Positions 50,062 through 59,340 of a DNA stretch of 64,000 nt are shown in pieces. The stretch comes from Deltaproteobacteria bacterium (GTDB lineage: Bacteria > Desulfobacterota > GWC2-55-46 > UBA9637), in contig JAUYHF010000014.1 in the NCBI GenBank assembly GCA_030690165.1, positions 34,257 through 98,256 on the forward strand. Direction: 5' to 3'. Below the pieces are notes generated by a model. It did not search any database and had not been told where the DNA came from. It saw only the letters and a list, made by a program, of their open reading frames with translations. Position 1 is the stretch's first letter; every line of letters starts with the position of its first letter. Position numbers and translations under genes: made by a program.

Positions 50062-50970
50062 ATGGAAAACCAATTACGACAAAAAGCAAAAGAGCTCCTT
50101 GAAAAAGGAGAGGTAAGGGTTGTCATCGGCTATGGTTGGAATAAGCGGAAGACGAGGATAACCCCGGTTTTCATCACAAAGCCTGAGGATACAGACAAAC
50201 TTGTTTTCAATCCTCTTTGCGTCAACAATCTTTCTCTTTATCTGACAAAGAAGTTTGCAGACATCAAGGCTTTGGGCAAGCCTGCGATTGTTGCAAAAGG
50301 GTGTGATATAAAAACAATTGCTGTGCTTATCTCAGAGAGCCAGATTAAGAGAGAAGATGTGGTAATACTTGGCATGACCTGCAATGGTGTTGTGTATAAG
50401 CAGGAACTTTGGAAACTGGGGACAGATTTTAAATTTGTCCCCACAGAAATAATGCCGACAAAATGTCATAACTGTGATGTGAGGAATCCGCATATTGTGG
50501 ATTTTACAATCGGTGAAAAGGTCAATTTTACACCGCCGGATACGCCAACAGGCATGGTATTTGACAAGATAAAAGAGCTGGATAAAAAATCTGGCGCAGA
50601 GCGATGGAATTTCTGGATAGAGCATTTTAACCGGTGCATAAAGTGTTATGCGTGCAGGCAGATATGCCCGCTATGTTACTGCGAGAGGTGCATCGCTGAA
50701 AAGAATATGCCGCAGTGGATTGAGACTTCGGCGCATCCAAGAGGCAACCTTGCATGGAATCTCAAGAGGGCAATGGATCTGGCAGGAAGATGCACATTTT
50801 GCGGCGAGTGTGAAAGGGCATGTCCGGTGAATATCCCGCTTAATCTTGTGAATCAGAAACTTACGCTTGTTGTAAAAGATGCCTTTGGGCATAAGGCAGG
50901 ATATGATGAAAAGGTGCATCCGCCGATGATTGTGTTTAATATGGAGGATGAAGAGGACTTTATAAAGTAG
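50062..50970 (+). CDS. flxC: Fe-S cluster protein of an Flx-type module (4Fe-4S dicluster domain)
   Basis: CIKCYACRQICPLCYC and CTFCGECERACP motifs. Context with mvhD and hdrA. Confidence 0.55.
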   Translation: MENQLRQKAKELLEKGEVRVVIGYGWNKRKTRITPVFITKPEDTDKLVFNPLCVNNLSLYLTKKFADIKALGKPAIVAKGCDIKTIAVLISESQIKREDVVILGMTCNGVVYKQELWKLGTDFKFVPTEIMPTKCHNCDVRNPHIVDFTIGEKVNFTPPDTPTGMVFDKIKELDKKSGAERWNFWIEHFNRCIKCYACRQICPLCYCERCIAEKNMPQWIETSAHPRGNLAWNLKRAMDLAGRCTFCGECERACPVNIPLNLVNQKLTLVVKDAFGHKAGYDEKVHPPMIVFNMEDEEDFIK

Positions 50971-50972
50971 CT

Positions 50973-51992
50973 ATGGCAAACAAATTTCTCAAAAAAGAAA
51001 ACATCGGCAAATTGATCGAGGCCTTGAACAAGGAAGGCAGTGCCTTTGTTGCACCTAAACTGGATGCACGACAGGTGGTGTATGCCCCTGTTATAAATGC
51101 GGAAGAGATAGTTTTTGACTATATTGTTCCGGTAAATTCTTTTAAAAAGTTTCTGTTTCCGCAGACAGAGCCGATTGCCGAGTTCAATATAAACAAGGAA
51201 GGCGTAGTTTTAAAGGGTATTGAAATAGAGCCAAAGGAAATAATAATCTTTGGTTCGCGGCCTTGCGATGCAATATGCTGTTCATCTTTAAGGTCGGTGT
51301 TCAATTGGGATTTTAAGGATGAGTTTTACAACAGGCGAGAAGACAAGGCAATTGTCATAACCGTAGCCTGCACAAAGGCCGATGACAGTTGCTTTTGCAC
51401 AACCGTCAATCTTACGCCTGATAGCCCAAACGGAAGCGATATATTATTAAAAGAAACGGTATCTGGAGATTATACAGCAGAGACAATCACAGAAAAGGGC
51501 AAGGCATTTATAAAAAGGTTTGAAAATATCTTCAGCCCTCAGCCTTCAGCCGTAAGCCACAAGCCAATTGCCGATGTAAAACCCATAGCAGGCATTGATG
51601 TAAAAAAAATTAAGGAATATCTCAAAGACACAAAACATTATGAAAATCCAATTTGGGCTGAACTATCAAGAAAATGTATAGGCTGCGGCGCATGCACCTT
51701 TGCCTGTCCCACATGCCACTGCTTTGACATTGTGGATGAGGGGAGCGCATTTGAGGGAAAAAGGATAAAGAACTGGGATGCGTGCCAGTTTGAATTTTTC
51801 ACTCTTCACACAAGCGGACACAATCCGAGAGACACGCAGTATAAAAGATGGCGCAACCGGTTTATGTGCAAGTTCAATTTTTATCCGAACAAATTTTCAT
51901 CCCGCGGTTGCGTTGGGTGTGGAAGGTGTATTCGTGTATGTCCAGTAAGGCTGGATATAACAGAGGTTATGGAGGAGGTAACAAAATTGTAA
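50973..51992 (+). CDS. flxB: Fe-S cluster protein of an Flx-type module (AsrA-like 4Fe-4S)
   Basis: CIGCGACTFACPTCHC and CVGCGRCIRVCP motifs. Confidence 0.55.
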   Translation: MANKFLKKENIGKLIEALNKEGSAFVAPKLDARQVVYAPVINAEEIVFDYIVPVNSFKKFLFPQTEPIAEFNINKEGVVLKGIEIEPKEIIIFGSRPCDAICCSSLRSVFNWDFKDEFYNRREDKAIVITVACTKADDSCFCTTVNLTPDSPNGSDILLKETVSGDYTAETITEKGKAFIKRFENIFSPQPSAVSHKPIADVKPIAGIDVKKIKEYLKDTKHYENPIWAELSRKCIGCGACTFACPTCHCFDIVDEGSAFEGKRIKNWDACQFEFFTLHTSGHNPRDTQYKRWRNRFMCKFNFYPNKFSSRGCVGCGRCIRVCPVRLDITEVMEEVTKL

Positions 51993-52088
51993 ATTGAAGA
52001 TTGCAAATTGGAAAATGCAAAGTTAAAAGAAACTTCAAATTTACAATTTGCACTTTTCAGTCTTCATTTTGCAATGGAGCGAAGCGAC
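51984..52088. repeat. Copy 4 of the ~95-bp TTGCAAA-based palindromic element, docked at the flxA start codon
   Basis: aaaattgtaaattgaagattgcaaattggaaaatgcaaagttaaaagaaacttcaaatttacaatttgcacttttcagtcttcattttgcaatggagcgaagcgac followed directly by the ATG. Confidence 0.75.
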
Positions 52089-52922
52089 ATGAACAACATT
52101 TACTTACCATATCTCGCAACAATTGAGGACATCTACGAAGAGGCGCCTGATGTCAGGACATATAAACTTGTTTTCAAGGATGAAAAAGTGCGGGATGCCT
52201 TTGACTTTAAGGCAGGCCAGTTCGGCCTCTACTCTGCCTTTGGCGCCGGCGAGTCAACATTCTGCATAGCATCTTCTCCTACGCGCAAAGGTTATATCCA
52301 GTGCACATTCAGAAGAGGCGGCAGGGTTACCGGCGCATTATCCGACCTTGGCATCGGCGATACTATGGGCTTTCGCGGGCCTTACGGCAACTGGTTTCCG
52401 ATAGATGAGTGGAAGGGGAAGAATATTGTGCTTATTGCAGGCGGCATAGGACTTCCGCCTGTTCGCTCTGTTATATGGAACTGTATTGACAGACGAAAAG
52501 ATTTCGGGGATATAACAATTGTCTACGGCGCAAAGACAGTGGCAGACCTTGTTTATAAAAATGAACTTGCAGAATGGGAAAAAATGTCTGATATAAAACT
52601 TGTTCAGGCAGTTGACCCTGGCGGTGAAACACCTGATTGGAAAGGCAAGGTCGGTTTTGTTCCCACTGTGTTGGAGCAGGCAGCGCCTTCTGCAAACAAT
52701 GCAATTGCAATAACATGCGGCCCGCCGATTATGATAAAATTTGTATTACAGGCATTGAATAAACTCGGTTTCTCTGATGAGCAGGTTTATACAACACTTG
52801 AGAACAAGATGAAGTGCGGCGTTGGAAAATGCGGAAGATGCAATGTTGGAGACATTTATATATGCAAGGAAGGGCCGGTTTATACGGCGGCGGAAGTTAA
52901 AAAAATGTACAATGACTTTTAA
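52089..52922 (+). CDS. flxA: FAD/NAD(P)-binding oxidoreductase of the PyrK/AsrB family with C-terminal 2Fe-2S (FlxA-like)
   Basis: FNR-like fold (RTYKLVF...GQFGLYSAFGAGESTFCIAS; IAGGIGLPPVRS) and a C-terminal Cys cluster CGVGKCGRC. Confidence 0.7.
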   Translation: MNNIYLPYLATIEDIYEEAPDVRTYKLVFKDEKVRDAFDFKAGQFGLYSAFGAGESTFCIASSPTRKGYIQCTFRRGGRVTGALSDLGIGDTMGFRGPYGNWFPIDEWKGKNIVLIAGGIGLPPVRSVIWNCIDRRKDFGDITIVYGAKTVADLVYKNELAEWEKMSDIKLVQAVDPGGETPDWKGKVGFVPTVLEQAAPSANNAIAITCGPPIMIKFVLQALNKLGFSDEQVYTTLENKMKCGVGKCGRCNVGDIYICKEGPVYTAAEVKKMYNDF

Positions 52923-52933
52923 AAGGAGTCCTT

Positions 52934-53722
52934 ATGGATACACATAAAAAACGCATAAAACCCCTCGCCACAGGCGATAAGACCATACCGCCTGAAGGCG
53001 CAAAGATGATACCGATTTACATAATGGGCCGTGAGTATATGGTGCCTGAAACCCTGACTATTATGAAGGCAACGGAATACGCGGGTTATCAGTATATGCG
53101 CGGATGCGGGTGCAGGGGAGGGATATGCGGCGCATGCGGTACTTTTTACAGATTCCTCGGTGATTATAAATTAAAGACAGGGCTTGCGTGCCAGACAGTT
53201 GCCCAGCCGAATATGGTTATTACCCAGCTTCCATTTTTCCCATCAAACAGGCCGGACTATGACCTTGAAAAGATGGAAGGCAACCCGCATGAGGAGCTCA
53301 GAAGGCTGTATCCTGAAGTCTTCAAGTGCGTCGGCTGCGGCACATGCACAAGGACATGCCCCATGGATATTGATGTCATGGACTACATTGCGCTTATGAA
53401 ACGCGGCGATTTGAAGGGCGCCGCAATAAAGAGTTTTGACTGCGTTCTGTGCGGGCTTTGCGCGTCAAGGTGTCCTGCGCAGATATCACAGTTTACTGCC
53501 GCTATGTTTGTCAGGAGGATATATGGCAAATATATCCTGCCAACAGCAGAGCATCTGAAGAAACGTGTTGAAGCGGTAAAGAGCGGAAAGTATCTCAAGA
53601 TGCTGGATGAGCTTACAAAGAAAAGCGCTGATGAACTCAAGAAACTGTATACGGAAAGGGAAAGAGAACCGGATATGGCAGAGCCGGGAAAGTGGATGCC
53701 AAAGGATACTTCGCATCTATAA
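52934..53722 (+). CDS. sdhB: Succinate dehydrogenase/fumarate reductase iron-sulfur subunit-like protein
   Basis: 2Fe-2S-type CGCRGGICGACG, then CVGCGTCTRTCP and CVLCGLCASRCP. AAGGAG RBS. Confidence 0.65.
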   Translation: MDTHKKRIKPLATGDKTIPPEGAKMIPIYIMGREYMVPETLTIMKATEYAGYQYMRGCGCRGGICGACGTFYRFLGDYKLKTGLACQTVAQPNMVITQLPFFPSNRPDYDLEKMEGNPHEELRRLYPEVFKCVGCGTCTRTCPMDIDVMDYIALMKRGDLKGAAIKSFDCVLCGLCASRCPAQISQFTAAMFVRRIYGKYILPTAEHLKKRVEAVKSGKYLKMLDELTKKSADELKKLYTEREREPDMAEPGKWMPKDTSHL

Positions 53723-53745
53723 ACAAGGATCTCTTAATTAGGAAC

Positions 53746-54264
53746 ATGGCAGAGTCAGACACCGAAAAATTGAAAGAACAACCCTTGGGAAATAAGGATA
53801 TTTACAAAGTTGCCCTTGATACGCGAAATTTTGAAATATCCCTGTTCTGGCAACGTTCCAATTATTTCTTGGTTTTAAACTCGGCACTTGCATTAGGTTT
53901 CTTCAATCTTCAAAAGCAAGAATTTGCCTTTTTGCTTGCAGTTTTCGGATTGTTTGTCTCTTTTTTATGGTATCGCGTAAACTTGGGCAGCAAATATTGG
54001 CAGTCCCGTTGGGAACATAGGTTATACATTTTGGAAAAAAAAGTTGCACCGAACTTGGATTTTTTTGCTGCAGACTGGAAAACAATTCAAAAAGATGTTG
54101 AGGAGAGTCTTACTAATAGTCAAAGCAACAAAGGGTGCTTCCGAAAATGGCTTGACAAACAGGTTCTAAATAAGCCTTCTGTGAGTTACAACATGATACT
54201 ATTGTCTTTGCTATTTTTTATAGGTTGGATTTTGTTGATAGCGGTTAGGATTTGGAAAGGTTAA
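53746..54264 (+). CDS. Hypothetical 2-TM membrane protein (start ambiguous; upstream ATG at 53692 possible)
   Basis: 172 aa with two adjacent TM helices (YFLVLNSALALGFF; FAFLLAVFGLFVSFLWY) flanked by soluble regions. Inserted between the sdhB-like and sdhA-like genes. Confidence 0.45.
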   Translation: MAESDTEKLKEQPLGNKDIYKVALDTRNFEISLFWQRSNYFLVLNSALALGFFNLQKQEFAFLLAVFGLFVSFLWYRVNLGSKYWQSRWEHRLYILEKKVAPNLDFFAADWKTIQKDVEESLTNSQSNKGCFRKWLDKQVLNKPSVSYNMILLSLLFFIGWILLIAVRIWKG

Positions 54265-54322
54265 GAAAGTTTGTTGGTGGACAATGCTTACCAAAAGCAT
54301 CTAAATGACCAGCTGAGTCTTT

Positions 54323-54670
54323 ATGCATGATTATGAAAAATATCTGAATGATAGAGAAAGACAGGGGATACATCGGTTTGTTGAAAGGGCAAGGCAACTG
54401 ATGGGGCAATCTCTTATAGATATTCGTATCTTTGGTTCAAAGGTCAGGGGTGATTTTGATAAGGAATCTGATATTGATATCTTGCTTGTAATAGACTCTG
54501 GTGACTGGCATACGCAAGATAAAATAAGCAAGATTGCCGCTGATGTCAATATGGAACTTGACTGCAATATATCGCCTGTTATCTATACTCATCGGGAACA
54601 CGAAAGAAATAAATACTTCAGAACCCTGTTTATACAGGAGGTCGAAAAAGAAGGGGTATCCCTTGCCTGA
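54323..54670 (+). CDS. Nucleotidyltransferase-domain protein (MNT-type, minimal nucleotidyltransferase antitoxin-like)
   Basis: GSKVRGDFDKESDIDILLV matches the NTase-fold G-S...D-x-D motif. 115 aa. Confidence 0.75.
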   Translation: MHDYEKYLNDRERQGIHRFVERARQLMGQSLIDIRIFGSKVRGDFDKESDIDILLVIDSGDWHTQDKISKIAADVNMELDCNISPVIYTHREHERNKYFRTLFIQEVEKEGVSLA

Positions 54671-55064
54671 AAAGCATCAAATAGACCTTGCTGCTTATAG
54701 GATTGGAAAGGCAAAAGAGAGATTATCTTCAGCGGAGGCTTTGCTTGCAGCCGGAAGTTTTGCGGACTCAATAGGCCGTTCGTATTATGCTATATTTACA
54801 GCCGCCAGAGTGCTATTGGCATTAAAAGGGCTGGACAGCAAGAGACACTCCGGCGTTGTAGCCTTGTTCAATGAGCATTTTATTAAATCCGGTTTGCTGG
54901 CAAGAGAAGTTTATCAAATTATTACCAGTGCCAAGGCAAAAAGAGAAAGGGCGGATTACGAGGACTATGTGGAATTTGGCAAAGAGGAAGCAGAAGAGCA
55001 GTTAAAAGAGGCAAAAGAGTTTGTTAAAGAGTCAGAAAATCTTTTCATAAAGTTGAGCAAGTAA
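54663..55064 (+). CDS. HEPN-domain protein (partner of the MNT protein). TTG start overlaps the MNT stop.
   Basis: HEPN R-x4-6-H-like motif region (...SAKAKRERADYEDY...). 4-nt overlap with the upstream NTase gene. The ATG at 54534 lies inside the MNT CDS and is rejected. Confidence 0.65.
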   Translation: MPEKHQIDLAAYRIGKAKERLSSAEALLAAGSFADSIGRSYYAIFTAARVLLALKGLDSKRHSGVVALFNEHFIKSGLLAREVYQIITSAKAKRERADYEDYVEFGKEEAEEQLKEAKEFVKESENLFIKLSK

Positions 55065-55074
55065 GGAGGAACCT

Positions 55075-56733
55075 ATGAGCGGTTATACACCAGAATTAAA
55101 AGAGCTTATAAAAAATGTTGAGGCAACGAGGCTGCAGCGGGTTGAGAGGGCAAGAAAGAACCAGCACTTTCCGGCCATGACAATGGATCAGCGTAAAGAG
55201 TGGCTCAGCAAATATCACCCTGATTATAAACCCGATGGGAGAAGGGCTGTAAAGGCAGGGCCTAATAAGGGAGAGACCTTCCCTGAAGAGGTTGTAAATC
55301 TTCTGGAATCCAAAAGCAGGATAAATCCCAAAAATATAGACCTTGCAAAAATAGATTACGAAACAGATGTGCTTGTGATAGGCGCAGGCGGCGCAGGCAC
55401 AGCAGCGGCATTGATGGCGCAGGAAAACGGCTGCAAGGTTATCGTGGCAACAAAACTTCGGCATGGTGATTCAAATACGGTTATGGCAGAGGGCGGGATT
55501 CAGGGGGCTGACCAGGAATGTGATTCGCCGTATTACCATTATCTTGATGTTGTGGGCGGGGGGCATTTCAGCAACCAGCCCGACCTTGTAGCAGGGCTTA
55601 CAAACGATGCCCCGCTTGTAATACACTGGCTTGAATCGCTCGGCCTGATGTTCGACAAACACCATGACGGAAGGATGCTGGTAAGGCACGGCGGCGGCAC
55701 ATGCAGGAAAAGGATGCACTCGGCAGGAGATATGACCGGCGCTGAGATAATGAGGGTTTTAAGGGACGAGGCAAGAAACCGTTCTGAAGATATAAAGGTT
55801 CTGGAATTTTCTCCTGCTGTTGAACTGATTTTAAATGCAGACGGGAGGTGCAGCGGCGCTGTTTTATATAATCTCGAGACAAAGGAATATTATATTGTAA
55901 AGGCAAAGGCAGTTGTTATGGCCACAGGCGGTTTCGGAAGGCTGCACATACAGGGCTTCCCCACCACAAACCACTACGGCGCAACAGCAGACGGTATTGT
56001 CATGGTTTACAGGGCAGGGGTCAAGATGAAGGACCTGGATTCAACCCAGTATCATCCGACAGGCGTGGTCTATCCTGAACAGAATATCGGGCTTCTTATC
56101 ACGGAAAAGGTCAGGGGGCTTGGCTCCCAGCTTATAAATATTAACGGCGAGGAATTCTGCTTCCCGCTGGAGCCGAGGGATATTGAATCATCGTGCATAA
56201 TTAAGGAGTGTCTTGAAAAGGGAAAGGGGATAACAACCCCTGTCGGGAGGATGGGAGTATGGCTTGATTCGCCCATGATAGAGGCGCTTCACGGCGAAGG
56301 CACGGTAAGGAAGGAGCTGCCTGCAAAATATATACAGTTTAAGAGATACGGCATTGATATAAGCAAAGAACCGATGCTGGTCTATCCAACCCTCCACTAC
56401 CAGAACGGCGGTATTATGATAAACGACAATGCAGGCACAACACTCCCCGGGCTTTATGCTGCCGGAGAGGTTACAGGCGGTGTGCATGGAAGGAACAGGC
56501 TTATGGGAAATTCACTCCTTGATATTCTTGTGTTCGGAAGAAGGGCCGGGATGAATGCAGCAGAATATTTAAAAACAGTCAAGGGTCAGAAGTCAGGAAT
56601 CAAACTGACGCTGGAGCATGTGGAAAAGTTTGAGAAGGAATTAAAGGCTGCTGGTGTGAAAGAGCCTGTCATCGGTCCCATGATTTTACCGGAATATACG
56701 CCTGACCATGTGAAGGCGAGGCAGTGGGGGTAA
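55075..56733 (+). CDS. sdhA: Succinate dehydrogenase/fumarate reductase flavoprotein subunit-like FAD oxidoreductase
   Basis: FAD-binding VLVIGAGGAGTAAAL, conserved H/R active-site region (HYTMGG-like: HYQNGGI), and a C-terminal domain typical of SdhA/FrdA/L-aspartate oxidase. Confidence 0.75.
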   Translation: MSGYTPELKELIKNVEATRLQRVERARKNQHFPAMTMDQRKEWLSKYHPDYKPDGRRAVKAGPNKGETFPEEVVNLLESKSRINPKNIDLAKIDYETDVLVIGAGGAGTAAALMAQENGCKVIVATKLRHGDSNTVMAEGGIQGADQECDSPYYHYLDVVGGGHFSNQPDLVAGLTNDAPLVIHWLESLGLMFDKHHDGRMLVRHGGGTCRKRMHSAGDMTGAEIMRVLRDEARNRSEDIKVLEFSPAVELILNADGRCSGAVLYNLETKEYYIVKAKAVVMATGGFGRLHIQGFPTTNHYGATADGIVMVYRAGVKMKDLDSTQYHPTGVVYPEQNIGLLITEKVRGLGSQLININGEEFCFPLEPRDIESSCIIKECLEKGKGITTPVGRMGVWLDSPMIEALHGEGTVRKELPAKYIQFKRYGIDISKEPMLVYPTLHYQNGGIMINDNAGTTLPGLYAAGEVTGGVHGRNRLMGNSLLDILVFGRRAGMNAAEYLKTVKGQKSGIKLTLEHVEKFEKELKAAGVKEPVIGPMILPEYTPDHVKARQWG

Positions 56734-56901
56734 ATTTTACCTGACAGAAATTATCCTAATTATCCTTCTATTGACACTTTGACCCTCTGTTACTTTATAG
56801 AGTCCTTCAACCTCTTTTTTTGTCAACAACCTGTATTCTGCGGGCTTTAAATTTCCAAGTTTTATGCCTGCAAACTCTATCCTTTTTAATTTCCGCCATC
56901 T

Positions 56902-57621
56902 TTAATCCGCAACCACAAACGGAGACTCCACTCCCTCTGTTTCTATCCTGCCTTTAAGCTTTTCAGCTTCCTTTAAACTGGTTGCGCCGCCAACCCTAAC
57001 TCTGTAAAAAACCGTATCGCCCCTATCGTATGTAGTTATTGAAACATTATTATATCGCAAAAGCAGGTTGTCCCTTAACCTCGTTGCATTTGACTTTACA
57101 GTGAATGCGCCCACCTGTACCAGGAAGTTCCCTTTCTGATAGTCCCTTGTTACCAGTTTATCGCCAACAGTGTCTCCCAGGGCAGTTATCTCCACTTTAG
57201 CAGTGCCGCTGTCTGCAATGCCTAACTCAGAGGCGGCCTTATAAGAAAGGTCTATAATTCTCCCTTTTACAAAAGGCCCTCTGTCATTGATCCTTACAAT
57301 TGTCTCTTTACCGTTATCAAGTCTTGTGACTTTTACATAAGTGCCTATGGGAAGGGTTTTGTGGGCAGCGGTCATGGCATACATGTTATAGGTTTCTCCA
57401 TTGGAGGTTTTTTTGCCGTGAAAATCCTTACCATACCACGACGCAATCCCCTCCTCTTCATATCCATTTGATGAATCAACCGGCTGATACCATTTGCCGT
57501 CAATTTGATAAGCCCTTTTAGTTCCTTGCTTTGTATAATAACCCTGCGGCGGAGCGGATGCGCACCCTGCGAGTAACAACATTACAAAAATAAGAATTGA
57601 ATGTTTTCTACTGATGGGCAT
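56902..57621 (-). CDS. rlpA: Septal ring lytic transglycosylase RlpA-family lipoprotein (DPBB + SPOR domains)
   Basis: Lipoprotein signal ...LLLAGC, DPBB core ([28 protein letters not shown]...RINDRGPF), and a C-terminal SPOR-like domain (FLVQVGAF...). Confidence 0.8.
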   Translation of the reverse strand: MPISRKHSILIFVMLLLAGCASAPPQGYYTKQGTKRAYQIDGKWYQPVDSSNGYEEEGIASWYGKDFHGKKTSNGETYNMYAMTAAHKTLPIGTYVKVTRLDNGKETIVRINDRGPFVKGRIIDLSYKAASELGIADSGTAKVEITALGDTVGDKLVTRDYQKGNFLVQVGAFTVKSNATRLRDNLLLRYNNVSITTYDRGDTVFYRVRVGGATSLKEAEKLKGRIETEGVESPFVVAD

Positions 57622-57655
57622 TTATAAATTTTTAATATCTGATTTGTAGCCTATT

Positions 57656-58672
57656 CTACTTCTCCAAATAACATCCCAACGTTGGCTTGCTTCCCTCAAA
57701 AGTGGAATTTGTCTTTTCAAGCCAGTCTTGTTTTACCTTAAAATTAGCGGGGTTTGCATAATAGGAGTCCACTGCCTCGCGCAAAACCCTTGTCATGCCG
57801 GCCACATATGCCTTTGTCCTCTGCCTGCCTTCAATCTTGAGGGCGTCCACACCTGCAGCTGCAAGCCTTGGGATGAGTTCAAGGACATTCAGCGACTCCG
57901 GTCCTTCAAATGCGTAGACATATTCGCCGCGCTCATTGATATACCGGCCTTTACAACAAGTGGGATAAGGCGATGTCTCTCCCGGGCCAAGCTCGTTTAA
58001 AACAATATCATTCAAGGTAATCCTGAGCTTTCCGCCCTCGTTTATGAATCTTACAAACCTTGACGGCGAACATGCGCCCTCTGTATTAGTGGATGCGCCT
58101 GTAACAAAACTGGAGAGATAGCACCTCCCTTCTATGTTTATGCAGAGTCCACCAAGGGCGAATACCTCCAATTCCACATCGGTATTGCCTCTTAAATCCT
58201 TCATCTCCTCTACTGTAAGAACCCTCGGCAGGACCAGCCTTTTAATGCCGAAGTGCTTCTTATAAAAATTTATAGATTCATAATTGGATGAGCTTGCCTG
58301 AACACTTAAATGAATATTTATATCAGGATATTTATCCCTTGCGTATTTAAGAATACCAAGGTTTGCAAGGATGATGGCATCGCTATTGAGTTTGACCGCA
58401 TTGTCCACAGATCTATACCACTGATGATAGGTATCCATCTGCGGAAATGTGTTTACAGCAAGATAGACCTTCTTACCCTTTGCATGGGCGTAATCAATGC
58501 CCTCTCTCAATTCATCAAGGGTAAAGTTTAGTCCTTCAAAATTGCGAGCATTAGTGGCATCGTTAAAGCCCGTATAAACCACATCAGCGCCGTTATCAAT
58601 AGCCGCCTTTAAAGAGGGTAGATTTCCTGCAGGGCAGACGAGTTCAATCTTTTTGGAAAAAGGGGATTTCAA
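57656..58672 (-). CDS. Peptidase U32 family protein
   Basis: N-terminus ...ELVCPAGNLPSLKAAIDNGADVVY and the conserved E-x-F-x-x-G-x-x-C motif region (EVFALGGLCINIEGRCYLS). Confidence 0.8.
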   Translation of the reverse strand: MKSPFSKKIELVCPAGNLPSLKAAIDNGADVVYTGFNDATNARNFEGLNFTLDELREGIDYAHAKGKKVYLAVNTFPQMDTYHQWYRSVDNAVKLNSDAIILANLGILKYARDKYPDINIHLSVQASSSNYESINFYKKHFGIKRLVLPRVLTVEEMKDLRGNTDVELEVFALGGLCINIEGRCYLSSFVTGASTNTEGACSPSRFVRFINEGGKLRITLNDIVLNELGPGETSPYPTCCKGRYINERGEYVYAFEGPESLNVLELIPRLAAAGVDALKIEGRQRTKAYVAGMTRVLREAVDSYYANPANFKVKQDWLEKTNSTFEGSKPTLGCYLEK

Positions 58673-58756
58673 TACAGCTCCTCATATTTTCTTAAATCAT
58701 TCCAATTGCCTGTAAAACTTCGTTTACTATGAATCAGTGTAAGAACTTGCACACGG

Positions 58757-59068
58757 TCAACCTCTATTCCCCTTTTCCCATAAGGCTTTCAAATCTCTTG
58801 CTCCATGAACGAGAGCCAGTATTACAACACGGGATTGTTCTATACTATAAATGAGGCGATATTCTCTAATGAGGAGTTCTCTGATAGTCGGTTCGCCAAG
58901 CTCTGGAACAATACGTCCTCGTTCAGAAAACTCGTTGAGCGAGCGGCTTATGTCCATTATCTGCTGTGTGAATGCGGCGGCGTAAAAAGAAGAATCCCTT
59001 GCTATGTATTCGACAAGGGCATTAAGGTCATCTATAGCTTCGTAAGACCAGATTACTTTCCGAGCCAT
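58757..59068 (-). CDS. parE: Type II toxin, ParE/RelE family
   Basis: 103 aa, MARKVIWSYEAIDDLNALVEYIARDS... typical of ParE. Overlaps the upstream small antitoxin ORF. Confidence 0.6.
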   Translation of the reverse strand: MARKVIWSYEAIDDLNALVEYIARDSSFYAAAFTQQIMDISRSLNEFSERGRIVPELGEPTIRELLIREYRLIYSIEQSRVVILALVHGARDLKALWEKGNRG

Positions 59069-59241
59069 TTTGCCATCCGCTTTTCAATCTCTTCCTGTGT
59101 GTAAGTTCTTCCCTCTGCGGCATCTTTAAGTCCTCGTTCAATCTTCTGAAGGACATACAGGTGATACTGGACGTCTTCCAATGAACAATCGTCCGGTAAG
59201 CGGGTAAGAAGGTTGTTGACCTCCTGCTTTACTGTTTCCAT
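59053..59241 (-). CDS. Putative antitoxin partner of ParE
   Basis: 62 aa, 16-nt overlap with the toxin gene, acidic helical protein. Confidence 0.4.
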   Translation of the reverse strand: METVKQEVNNLLTRLPDDCSLEDVQYHLYVLQKIERGLKDAAEGRTYTQEEIEKRMAKWLGK

Positions 59242-59340
59242 GCCTTTCCTCCTCTTTTATAATGGTGAATGGATTATACCACTTTTTGACCATAAATTGC
59301 GCAAGATGGTTCGGAACTTGACGAAGGCTTCTCCCATCCT

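Noticed and set aside
54534-54662. ATG at 54534 as the start of the HEPN gene (176-aa ORF)
   Set aside because: That start lies inside the MNT coding region in another frame. The HEPN domain begins at the TTG (54663) overlapping the MNT stop, the usual operon arrangement for HEPN/MNT pairs.
56771-56799. Orphan sigma70-like promoter (TTGACA, 17 nt, TTTATA) in the convergent gap between the sdhA-like gene and rlpA
   Set aside because: The -10 is weak (3/6 match) and no plus-strand gene or obvious structured RNA follows. Probably a chance match in AT-rich intergenic DNA.
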